Shown: piece by piece, positions 37,626 through 47,900 of the stretch | Numbering within the stretch: the stretch's first letter is position 1 | Layout: every line of letters starts with the position of its first letter | Source of the DNA: Cyanobacteria bacterium SIG27 | GTDB lineage: Bacteria; Cyanobacteriota; Vampirovibrionia; Gastranaerophilales; Gastranaerophilaceae | NCBI GenBank assembly: GCA_015152565.1 | Contig: SUTT01000002.1 | Coordinates: forward strand, 18,788 to 82,787 | Reading direction: 5' to 3' | Length of the DNA stretch: 64,000 bases | Notes under the pieces: generated by a model | Told to the model about the DNA's origin: nothing | Seen by the model: only the letters and a program-made list of their open reading frames with translations | Databases searched by the model: none | Program-made: the position numbers and the translations under genes

Positions 37626-39953
37626 ATGACGCAAGGCTTTTTTCAATTTAATAACTCTATTATAAACGAAATAAGAAATTTTGCTACATCTTCTTTTGAC
37701 TTACTTTTCATGAGTGGACCAAAGGGGAGCACAAAAAGCGAAACGATTGAAAAAGTTATTCCAGAATTAGAAGAAGATAATCTTGTTTTTCAGCATTTTT
37801 GTTTTGAAAACACTGTGATTGATGATTTTCTTTTAAATTTTTATGATGCATTAAGAAATTTCTCGATTATTCAAAAAATATATTTAAAAAAATTCACATC
37901 AGATAATTTTAAAGAAAAAGTTAGTCACTATTTTAAAACAATTGATGCTAACTGTATTATCATTGTTGAAAACTTTGAAAAAGTAGATTCAAATATTGAA
38001 ATCGTAGATTTTTTATCTCACTTGGCAAGTTATACAAACGTTAAAATCATTATTGTTACAAGAAATGGCGAAAAAAATCTTTTTAGATTTAAAAAAATAA
38101 GAACTCAAAATCTTGAATTAAATCAAATCAAAAAAGACGATTTTAAATCTAAGTTATCAATTTTATCTGAACCAATGGACATTGATACAAAAGAAAAATT
38201 TTACGACATAACTTCAGGTCTTGAATTATATCTTAAAATGAGCGTTAAATATTGCACAACCGCTAACACAACAATAGCAGATATGATTAATGAGTTTGAG
38301 CGCAAAAATATTAGCTCTCATGTATCTTATGAAGAATTTTTAGTTACAAAATTTGTTTCTTTAGTTCCTGCAATTTATAAAAATCTTTTAAAAATTTTAA
38401 GTGCAATTTCTCACCCTGTAAGTATTGAATTTTTAAATGTTTATAAACTTGGAAATCTATCTTATGTTGAATATTTAACTAAAAATTGTCTTGTTAATAA
38501 CTTCAAAAAAGAATATTATGTAAAAGATTATTTTAGACAATACATAACAAAATCATTTTCAATTCAAGAACGTGTTACATATTATAAAAATTTAGTTGAA
38601 ATTTACGAAAATGAACTTACAAAAAGCCCTAAAGATAGACTTTTAAGGCTTTCAAGAGAATCAATAAGAAAAGAAATTGAAAATTTTAAATCAAAAATCC
38701 CATCAATTAATTCAAATGAAAAAGGACAAAAGTTTTCATATTTAGGAATTGCAGCCTCTGCTTGGAACAGCGAAAAAGCTATTCAAAAAAGCAAATTGAG
38801 TGAAAAATTAAATAAAATCAAAGAAAGAAAAATATTTTTAACAAAAGAACAATCAAATGTCGTTGAAATTGATAAAGACACTTTAAAACAAAACAAAGAT
38901 GAAAGAGAAAAAAATAAAAGGTTTATTATTGATTTAATTAATTCTTCAAGAGATTACACTAAAAACTATAAATATCAAGAAGCGATAATTGAGCTTACAA
39001 GAGCACAAGAAGTTGATTATGAAAATGAATTTCAAATTGAAATTTTAATTTTAATGGCAAAAAATAACGAATTTTTAAATAAATATTCTTTGGTTAAAGA
39101 ATATTATGAAAAAGCTTATGAATTAGCCAAACAGACCAATGATTCAAGAACTTGCGAAATTGAATTTTCAGTTGCAATGTTGCAAAAAAATTCATTTAAT
39201 ATTGAACAAGCAAAACAAAAATTTAACTCAATTATAGAAAAAGAACAAAATCCAAAAACATACGTTGCAAAAGCTCACCTTGAACTAGGAGAAATTGAAG
39301 AAGCAAATTCTAATATTGAAATCGCTGCTCGTCATTATAAAAAAGCTCTTGATTTAATGCTTGGGAAAGATAAAAGCCTTGTGTGCAGAGCATATTATCG
39401 CCTTGCTGTTTTGTATGATGAACATCAAGACTATGAAAATGCACTAAAATATTATCAAAAAAATTATTCAACAAGTTCTGAAAGAAGCGAAAATCGCTAT
39501 TATTCAACTTCTTTGACAAATGCTGCTTTAATTTTTAACGAACAAAAAAAATTCAAAGACGCTTCGGAATTATTAAAACTTGCTCTAATTTACGATAGCG
39601 AAATTGACGATTTTGAAAACATGTATTTTTCTCAAAAAGAATTAGCTAAAATTTATTCTCGTTTTGATGAAACAAGTTCAATTGGCTATTATAAACAAGC
39701 GCTAAATAGTGCCAGAAAAATGAATGATATTTTTAAAGAGGCATTAGTTCATTTTGAACTTGGCGAATTTTTCTATGATAGACTTGAAGATGAAAAGGCA
39801 TTGGTTAATTTTTACAATGCAAAAGTAATTCTAAAAAAAGCATCAGATAGTGAAAATATTCAAAGAGTTGAATCTCGAATTAAAGATATTAAAATGAGAT
39901 TGGATGACATTGCATTTAATTTAATTTCAGAAAAATATGAAAAACAAAATTAA
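37626..39953 (+). CDS. STAND/AAA-type P-loop NTPase fused to C-terminal TPR repeats
   Basis: The preferred ATG at 37626 gives MTQGFFQF; the track ORF starts at TTG 37587. The Walker A-like motif is LFMSGPKGSTKSET and the Walker B-like motif is CIIIVENFEKV. TPR-like repeats fill the last about 330 aa (for example YRLAVLYDEHQDYENALKYYQKN). No HTH or effector domain was seen. Confidence 0.65.
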   Translation: MTQGFFQFNNSIINEIRNFATSSFDLLFMSGPKGSTKSETIEKVIPELEEDNLVFQHFCFENTVIDDFLLNFYDALRNFSIIQKIYLKKFTSDNFKEKVSHYFKTIDANCIIIVENFEKVDSNIEIVDFLSHLASYTNVKIIIVTRNGEKNLFRFKKIRTQNLELNQIKKDDFKSKLSILSEPMDIDTKEKFYDITSGLELYLKMSVKYCTTANTTIADMINEFERKNISSHVSYEEFLVTKFVSLVPAIYKNLLKILSAISHPVSIEFLNVYKLGNLSYVEYLTKNCLVNNFKKEYYVKDYFRQYITKSFSIQERVTYYKNLVEIYENELTKSPKDRLLRLSRESIRKEIENFKSKIPSINSNEKGQKFSYLGIAASAWNSEKAIQKSKLSEKLNKIKERKIFLTKEQSNVVEIDKDTLKQNKDEREKNKRFIIDLINSSRDYTKNYKYQEAIIELTRAQEVDYENEFQIEILILMAKNNEFLNKYSLVKEYYEKAYELAKQTNDSRTCEIEFSVAMLQKNSFNIEQAKQKFNSIIEKEQNPKTYVAKAHLELGEIEEANSNIEIAARHYKKALDLMLGKDKSLVCRAYYRLAVLYDEHQDYENALKYYQKNYSTSSERSENRYYSTSLTNAALIFNEQKKFKDASELLKLALIYDSEIDDFENMYFSQKELAKIYSRFDETSSIGYYKQALNSARKMNDIFKEALVHFELGEFFYDRLEDEKALVNFYNAKVILKKASDSENIQRVESRIKDIKMRLDDIAFNLISEKYEKQN

Positions 39954-40563
39954 AATTTTAAATGAAAAACTTAATTTTTTCCCAAGTGACGAAATAATTG
40001 AAAAATTAATTCTTTGGGAAAAGATTTTTATTGAATATAATTCTCATACAAATTTAATGAGCAAAAACGACGTTGAAGTATTATTTGAAAAACATGTTTT
40101 TGATTCATTAGCAATTTTAAATTGGGATGAATTTTTAAACCATAAAAAAGTGCTTGATGTTGGCTGCGGGGGCGGTTTTCCAAGTGTAATTTTGGCAATT
40201 TGTTTTCCTGAAATTAAAATAATTGCAAATGATTCAAGAATTAAAAAAATCAATTTTATTAAAGAAATTAAAGAAAAATTAGAACTTAATAATTTAGAAA
40301 TTTGCTATTCTCGAATTGAAGATGTTGCGCCATTAGAAGTTGATTTAATTGTTTCAAGAGCAGTTGGAAAAATGATTGATGTTTATGAATTATCTAAAAA
40401 ACATCTTTGCGCTGGTGGAGATTTTTTAATTTACAAAGCAAAATTATTAGATGAAGAAATTACTGACTTTAAGAAGAAATATAAAAAAGCTGAATTTAAT
40501 ATAATTCCTTATAAACTTCCATTAGCTGAAAATTTTAATCGCAATCTTTTAGTTTTAAAATAA
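39937..40563 (+). CDS. rsmG: 16S rRNA (guanine527-N7)-methyltransferase RsmG/GidB
   Basis: 208 aa. The SAM motif is VLDVGCGGGFPSVILAI and a later motif is LIVSRAV. It overlaps the upstream gene by 17 nt. Confidence 0.88.
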   Translation: MKNKIKILNEKLNFFPSDEIIEKLILWEKIFIEYNSHTNLMSKNDVEVLFEKHVFDSLAILNWDEFLNHKKVLDVGCGGGFPSVILAICFPEIKIIANDSRIKKINFIKEIKEKLELNNLEICYSRIEDVAPLEVDLIVSRAVGKMIDVYELSKKHLCAGGDFLIYKAKLLDEEITDFKKKYKKAEFNIIPYKLPLAENFNRNLLVLK

Positions 40564-41122
40564 TTTCATCAATTCGATTTTTATATTTTTGCGCACCAAC
40601 AAATTCTACATCAATAAAATCAAGCTTTTCAATTGATAAATAGCGCATTTTTATTTTTTCACTGTTAAAAATTTTACTCGCACAATAAAGATAAACTACA
40701 CTTTGTAAGTCATCTTCTGGGTTTTTAGGCAAATTCAAAGTTTTCCAATCGTAAATGATATATTCATCATCTTCTTTATAAATAGCGTCATAACGCCCAG
40801 TTAGATAATAATTCCAACCGTTTAAAATATCCTTAATCAAAAAAGGATATTCTGTGTGAATAAAATTGCTTTTTTTATCTTTCAGGATATTTTCCAAATT
40901 TTTCCAAATTATTTGCTCTTTTTCATCTAGCTCTTTAATAACATTTGAAACGTCAAAATCATTAATAAAATAACAAATTAAGCTGTGAAACTTTTGCCCT
41001 AGCGTTGCACGGGGGTCTTTTTTAAATAATGCAAGATTATAAATGAATTTATTTTTAAATTCATCAAGGTTTTTATCTAAAATTTTTAATGAATGAGCGC
41101 TAAATGTATCAATTTTTCGCAT
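40535..41122 (-). CDS. PD-(D/E)XK (RecB/Cas4-like) nuclease, stand-alone
   Basis: 195 aa with the motif series E-Y-P-F ... GRYDAIY ... YIIYDWKT ... LQSVVYLY (QhxxY). No C-terminal Cys cluster is present. It overlaps the helicase gene by 14 nt. Confidence 0.7.
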   Translation of the reverse strand: MRKIDTFSAHSLKILDKNLDEFKNKFIYNLALFKKDPRATLGQKFHSLICYFINDFDVSNVIKELDEKEQIIWKNLENILKDKKSNFIHTEYPFLIKDILNGWNYYLTGRYDAIYKEDDEYIIYDWKTLNLPKNPEDDLQSVVYLYCASKIFNSEKIKMRYLSIEKLDFIDVEFVGAQKYKNRIDEIILKLKDCD

Positions 41123-44100
41123 AATTTAACCCCTCAAAAATTTCGCTTGGCGCTTTTGGTTGAACTCTTGCAAAGTATTTATAATTTTTTGCGCTTGAGA
41201 GCATGAGTTTTTTCTTTGCACGAGTTATTCCAACGTAAATTAGTCGGTAATTTTCTTCTATAATTTCAATTTTTAAATCAAGCTCAGATTTTGCTTCTTT
41301 TTTAACTTTTTGAATAAATTTAGAATTTTCTTTTAACTTATATTTTTCAACATCAAAACACAAGTTATCCTGCGTCAGCTCGGGAATGAAAACATAATCA
41401 AACTCATCTCCTTTTGATTTATGAAGAGTCATTATTTGAACCCTAGATTGTTTTTGAGTTTTATCATCAGTTGAAAAGAATTTAATATTTGCAAAATTGT
41501 TTTTAAATTGGATTTCTCGAAGCCTTAAAACCGTATTTTCAAAAGTTTTTTGACTGTTCATTGTTTTTTGTGCAATTGTCGCAACTAAAGAAATGTTGTC
41601 TTTATGGGCACTATTGGAAAAATAAAAAGAACCAATTTCAGATACTAAATCGTATATCGAATAATGATTTTTATACAAAAAATATGTCATATCCCAAAAA
41701 AATTGCTCTTCAAAATCATCTTTTAAAAAGAGGGGTTCATTAAGGCTATTTGCATATTTTACAGTATCAAAATTATAATAACCAAGTTCAAAAAGCTCCA
41801 ACGCAACTTGTTTTGTTGTTTTTAATTCAAACGGATTTGAAATAAATTCTAAAATTAAAAGCACAATTCTATAAACAGGGTTATTTATTAAATTTTCAGA
41901 ATTTTTATAAGTTTGAATAGAGTTATCTTTTAAAAGTTTATCCCATTTTGAAATTGCAAAATTGCTCCTTAAAAGCACTGCTATTGTTGAATTTGGTTCA
42001 GTTTTAAATATTTGTTTAATTTGAGAAACTATAAAATTACTTTCATCTATTTCTTGTTCAAAAATTTGAGCACTAACAGCATTTTTATCAACAATATTTA
42101 CCCCATCAACCGGTTTCATAATTAATGAAGAAAATGGGTTAATTTCTTTTTTTTCTTTTGACCAATCAACTATGCCATTAGCACAATCTAAAACCCCCGT
42201 TGCACATCTTTGACATCTATCCATTTCAACGTTATAAGAATTGTTCATAAATTCCCTAAAACCTTTAACGTCAGAATTAGAAAATGTTGATGTTATCGCT
42301 TGGTTGATATCGCCACAGCGAATGATATTTTTATATTTTCCGCCTAAAAGCATAATAAGGCTTTGTTGTGTATAGCTTGAATCTTGGGCTTCATCTTCAA
42401 TGATTATTTTAACTAAATTTTGATAATATTCTAAAACGTCTTTGTTTTCTTTTAAAAGTTTCAAAGCTAAAAGCAATAAATCATCATAATCTATTAAATT
42501 TTGCTCTTTTAATTTATTTTGATATGCATTGAATACGCTTAAAAACAGGCGATTTTGCGTAACAAAAGTGTTATCGATGGCTAATTCATTTTTATAAGCA
42601 GAAATGGCGCTATCGTATAAATCTACTTTATCGGCTCCAACACCAATAGAATATGTAATTTCAGCTAAAATTGCACTTCTTTTAATTTCATCTACAATTT
42701 CAAAATCATAATCCAGTCCAACTCGAGAAAAATTATTGTTTTCTTTTATGATTTTTAATGCTAATCCGTGAATTGTTGAAATGTTTGGTAATTCAGCTAA
42801 GTCTGGATATTTTGCTTTAATTCTTTCTCTAAAGTTTCTTGCTGCTGATTCCATGAAAGTTAAAACAAAAATATTTTTAGATTCAATATCTTTTAATATT
42901 TCGCCACTCAAAATTTTATCCACTAAAAGCAGCATAATAGTAGTTTTTCCAGACCCTGCGGTTGCTGAAACCGACATTAAACCGCCCTTGTAGTCTAAAA
43001 CTGCTTGCTGGTCAGGTCTTGGGGTGATTGGGTTTTGGGCTTTTGCAACTGTTTCAACTTTATTTTTAAAATATTTATCAATTCCACCAAGATTTTCTAG
43101 TCCCAAGCTATCATAAACACTTGAAAAAAGAGTGATGTTATCTGATAAAAGATAGAGTTTATATAAAATTCGAGCCGTTCTATCTTTGGTTAAATTAATG
43201 TTATCTTCTAGCTCAAACGTTTCTTTATCCCAACTTTTTTGCATGACCCAGGCGTTATAAAGTGGACCTATATCTTGTTTTAGCCAGTTTTCGCTATTAA
43301 CATCTAATAAAAACTGATATTTTGTTTTATAAGAATAATCGATTATTTTTTGCGCAGATGAAACAATAATTGAATTTTCATCCATTTCATCATCTGATAG
43401 TGGGTTTTCTGAAATAATCGTATTTTCAAGCTGATTAATTAATTCAAGGTTTGAAACATTATCAAAAACTTCTTCAAAATCATAAATTTGCTTTAAAAGC
43501 TGATTGATTTTAATTATGTCTTTGGATATTTCTTCTCGCAATTCAACAAAATTTGAAACAATTTCATATAATTGAGTTGATAATTTTTCAAAACGAATTT
43601 TTTCATAGATTTCAACAAGCTTTTGAAATTGCTCGTGTGATTTTTCACGTGCTAAATCAAAAATATTGATATTTTTAAAATCTCTTTCTAGCTTGTATTC
43701 TTGGATAATTTTGATTGTTTCTTTTTTGTCTAAATTTAAAAGCTCAATAAAAATCCCTTTTAAAACATAAGAAGAAACATCTTGGTTATTTGTGTCGTTG
43801 ATTATTTTTAAAAGCTCTAAGATGTAACCTATTAGCTTATTTTGGTTTAATTTTTCATTTTTAGTTAAAAAAGTAAAATTAAAACCTGATTTTTCTAATG
43901 TTGTTTTTAAAAAGTCGTCTGAATTTGGAGTGATTAAAGCAATTTCAGAAGGCTTTATGCCATCGTTATTAATTAAATTTTTAATTTTTAATAAAACTTC
44001 TTCAATCATTTCATTTCTTTTTAAAAATGATTTTGAAGATATATTATCAAACTCTATTTCTTTATCAGCTCTAACCAATTCAAGAATTTTTTTGGCATTT

Positions 44101-44900
44101 ATATTTTTATCGTTATCTTTAAATGGTATATTCGCTTTTTGATTTAAAAACTTTTCAAAATCAACACTAATTGCTCCTAAATAGCCAAGTCGAGATGAGC
44201 CAAGAATATCATAACCTATAAAAAATTCTTTGACCGTTGGTTTAATATGTTCCAAGTACGCTAATAGCGCTGGAGTAATCTCATCCCCATCATCTAAAAA
44301 AATATATTCAAAATTGTTTTGTAATTTTTTATATAAAAATTCAAATAAATTTACTTGTCGAACATAATCAAAAGCCCTTAATTCAATTGATTTAAGCTTA
44401 TATTTATCAAGAGCTAATTGCGCTTCATTAGAATAACTTTCATCTAGAATTTTTGTTCTTTTTTGAACTTCCTCTTTATTTAAAGCGTTGAAATTAATTA
44501 AAGAATTTCTTCTAAATAATTGATGGAGTAAGCTTGTTTTTGAGTTATAGCCTGTAAAATCAACTTGCGCTATAGCGTCTTTTAATATTTTTTGAGATAC
44601 TTCAAGCCCACATAAATTTGGAATAATTTTTCTATTTTCATTTTTAATCGAATTTTCAATTAATGCCCAATTTTCAAGGATATAGTTATAAATTAACCCA
44701 GAAAAACTGTAAATTTTTAAATTTCCAATTGAACCAAGAGGAAAGCGACTTTTGATTTCATTAATAAATTCTTTTTTCTTGTGTGAATTTTGCACTAAAA
44801 CAAGAATATTTTCAGCTGATACTCCACTTTGAAGCAATTTAAAATATTCATCTTCAAGTATTTTAGTTCTATTTGTGTTTGATGGCGCATTTATGAGCAT
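41109..44900 (-). CDS. 1263-aa fused helicase: degenerate (AddB/RexB-like) N-terminal half plus active UvrD/AddA-like SF1 C-terminal half
   Basis: The N-terminal half has a degenerate P-loop (INAPSNTNRT). The C-terminal half has SATAGSGKTT (motif I), IIIEDEAQDS (motif II), MTLHKSKGDEFDYVFIPE (motif V) and YVGITRAKKKL (motif VI). The ATG overlaps the R-M gene stop (TAATG). Confidence 0.75.
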   Translation of the reverse strand: MLINAPSNTNRTKILEDEYFKLLQSGVSAENILVLVQNSHKKKEFINEIKSRFPLGSIGNLKIYSFSGLIYNYILENWALIENSIKNENRKIIPNLCGLEVSQKILKDAIAQVDFTGYNSKTSLLHQLFRRNSLINFNALNKEEVQKRTKILDESYSNEAQLALDKYKLKSIELRAFDYVRQVNLFEFLYKKLQNNFEYIFLDDGDEITPALLAYLEHIKPTVKEFFIGYDILGSSRLGYLGAISVDFEKFLNQKANIPFKDNDKNINAKKILELVRADKEIEFDNISSKSFLKRNEMIEEVLLKIKNLINNDGIKPSEIALITPNSDDFLKTTLEKSGFNFTFLTKNEKLNQNKLIGYILELLKIINDTNNQDVSSYVLKGIFIELLNLDKKETIKIIQEYKLERDFKNINIFDLAREKSHEQFQKLVEIYEKIRFEKLSTQLYEIVSNFVELREEISKDIIKINQLLKQIYDFEEVFDNVSNLELINQLENTIISENPLSDDEMDENSIIVSSAQKIIDYSYKTKYQFLLDVNSENWLKQDIGPLYNAWVMQKSWDKETFELEDNINLTKDRTARILYKLYLLSDNITLFSSVYDSLGLENLGGIDKYFKNKVETVAKAQNPITPRPDQQAVLDYKGGLMSVSATAGSGKTTIMLLLVDKILSGEILKDIESKNIFVLTFMESAARNFRERIKAKYPDLAELPNISTIHGLALKIIKENNNFSRVGLDYDFEIVDEIKRSAILAEITYSIGVGADKVDLYDSAISAYKNELAIDNTFVTQNRLFLSVFNAYQNKLKEQNLIDYDDLLLLALKLLKENKDVLEYYQNLVKIIIEDEAQDSSYTQQSLIMLLGGKYKNIIRCGDINQAITSTFSNSDVKGFREFMNNSYNVEMDRCQRCATGVLDCANGIVDWSKEKKEINPFSSLIMKPVDGVNIVDKNAVSAQIFEQEIDESNFIVSQIKQIFKTEPNSTIAVLLRSNFAISKWDKLLKDNSIQTYKNSENLINNPVYRIVLLILEFISNPFELKTTKQVALELFELGYYNFDTVKYANSLNEPLFLKDDFEEQFFWDMTYFLYKNHYSIYDLVSEIGSFYFSNSAHKDNISLVATIAQKTMNSQKTFENTVLRLREIQFKNNFANIKFFSTDDKTQKQSRVQIMTLHKSKGDEFDYVFIPELTQDNLCFDVEKYKLKENSKFIQKVKKEAKSELDLKIEIIEENYRLIYVGITRAKKKLMLSSAKNYKYFARVQPKAPSEIFEGLNYAKN

Positions 44901-47900
44901 TATTTTAAATATTTATCTAAAATTTCTTGTTTTTGTTGTTTTGAGTTGTTGATTTTTTCTTGAGCTTCTCTAATTTGAGCTTCAAGTTGTTCGATTTGAG
45001 AAACGATTTTTTGTTGGTCAGATAGGGGTGGTAAGGCAATTTCGATATTATATGCAGTATTACGATTTAAACCACCTGGACCCAATCCCACATTTAGGCT
45101 TTCTAAGCCAATATTCTTTAATAAATAATAACAATATTTGAAATCAACAAAATCTATATTAGCCTTTACATAAAAACAAGTATCAATTGGAGTACAATTT
45201 TCTTCAATCCAATTAACCTTGCCAACAGACCCCTTCCTTCCCACAATGATATTTGGAGCATTTAACATATATTCATTATGGTAGCCATCAATTCCATTTG
45301 AACCAACTACCGGATAAATTCCATTTATACGATTTGTCTTTGGCAATGCTTTGCCATATTCCAATGTTAAGATTTGCCCCAACTTATATTTTTTTGTTTC
45401 CAAAACAGCATTAATTAGAATATCTGTGTTCTTTTTCAATTCTTCAACTATTTTTTCATTTTTAATGTTTTCTTTTTCAATCTCCTCAATCTCATCAATA
45501 ATTTTTTGTTGAACTTCAAGTGGAGGAAGCGGGATTTTTTGCCCCCTTGCAGAAGTTAATGTTATAAAGGGCTGCGCCTTTCCTGAACGCGCCCAATAAT
45601 TTTCATCATTTATACACTCATACAAATAATCTGTTAAAATTTCATTATTGCCCTTAATTACAATTGTATTTTTAATTGCAGTCCATTTTCCATCTGCTTT
45701 GAAACATTTTCCGCACCTAGCTCCTATTGCAGACAAAACAATAGCTTTTCCTTCATGCTCTGCAAAATCAATCATTCCGTCTTGTCCAGCCGCAGAATAC
45801 GCTTTGTACTGAGCATGTTGCTTGTATGACTCTTTTGTTAAATTAGTATTTCCCCAGTCGATTTTTGCAATTGTATCAAGTGTTACTAAATTCCACTTGC
45901 TCTCAATCTTGACTTTTTTTTTAGCCCTTACATTAACCACTTTATCAAAATCAACCCTATCGAAAGTCATCATATCAATCAAATCAACTCTTGAAACATT
46001 ATCTTTCAAGCTTTCATCAATTTCCGCTTTTAAATCACCATTAAATGCTTTATAAATATATGTACTTGCTTTTTTAGGATTATCAAATGAATTTATGTCA
46101 AATAGCTTCGTGCATTCATCAATAGTTTTGCTCTTTTGAATAGGATGAATACCCTCATTGCCACGTTTAAATGAAAACTCATAACCCAAAAATTCTTTTT
46201 CAGCTTCTTTTTCGCCAGTTTTTACTACAACAAGCTTTTGAGGATACGCAAAAATAAAATAATAAATCTTTTCTTTTTCAAGCTCAACTACTTTAGCCCA
46301 AAAATCATCTTCTTTTTTAGATTTAATTTTATTTTTATATTCTTTAAATAAATCGTGGTTTTGAACTTTTTCGTTTGGTTTTTTATTTAACAAAGTTAAA
46401 TAATCATTAAATGCTAAGCCTTCCCAAACGTAATTTACATATTTTAAAACAGGGTTTTCAATTCCGTTTATTGTAATGTCTGTTTGATTTGAGAAAAATT
46501 TATCAACAGATTTTTCAAGATTTATACATTCATAGTTATTTCTTCTTTTTAAAAATAACACAACCGTGTTTGTTCCTGTTGCCATAAATGTATTTGAGCC
46601 AAGTTCAGCTATAGCAACTATTTCAAAATATTTCAAAAGCAATTCTCTTGTTTTGGTATAAATTCCAGTATTAGTTAAAATTGAACTAGGTAAAATAATA
46701 CCTGCAATACCACCATCTTTTAAAAGTTGCTTTGTCCTTTCAACAAACAAACATTCAATTTCAGATGAGTTATCTGTTAATTTTTCATATAAATCAAAGT
46801 CGCGCTCTGTATAATAATCTCTTGTAGTTTGTCTAAAAGATGAAACGGAATATGGCGGGTTACTTAATAAAATATCAAATTGTTGATTATCTTTTGAATT
46901 ATCATCATTATTTTTGCGCAACTTGCCTTTATAATCTTTAGTATTTACAAAGTTACCCAAGCCATCGCTTAATATAACATTGGCTAAGCCATCACCATGT
47001 AAATAACAACCAACTTTGCCAACTTTAACAAGTCGATAGTCTTTTTCTATGCCGTATACATAATTAGTGGCCCATCCATATTTGGCATTTTGCCAAAAAG
47101 TAAGATTATTTTTTGTGCTTGGTATATATTTTGTTGGTGCTTTTTTTTCAATTATATTTTGAACTTCATGCATATATTCAGTAATAAAATGCCCCGAACC
47201 TGCTGCGTAATCTATCATATAAGGCAATAATTCGCCATTTTTTGATTCTAATTTTTCATCAACAATACGCTCTAATGGCAAACTTTTAATTATGAATTGA
47301 GCAATTGGAACAGGTGTAAAAAATTGCCCTGCTTCTTGTTTTAAACCTGTTGTTAATAATAGTTCAAAAAAATCCGATAAATATTGTTGTCTTTTGTTAT
47401 ATCTAATTCTATAGCCTTGCAAGAGTTCTACAACTTCTTTAACTATTTTTGCGTTTTCTTCAAAAGAAGTAGCGTCGTAAACTTCTTTTATTGCAAATTC
47501 ATTATTTTTTTGAAGTCTTAATTTATTTACTTCTTCTAATAAATATTTTTTTGTTTCATCGTTTAAATCACTACATCTTATTTCAAAATCATCTTCGTTA
47601 AAATCACTGACAATTCTTGATAAAAAAACATCCATTCCCTTTTTATATAAATCCGTTAAGCGCAGTTGAAATTTTACATGATTATCAACGCCTTCTTTCC
47701 ATTGAAAATCAAGTTCTTTGCCATCGCCTTCCATTTTTGTAGTTTCATCATATACTTTACACAAAAATAAAGTAAATATTTTATTAAAAGCGTTACCCTT
47801 ATCTGAAACTACATTATGTCTTAAAATTTCAAGGAAACGATTGAAAATAAAGCTAGAATCTTCTTGATTTATTGGTTTTAAATCATCAAGAGTTAATGCT

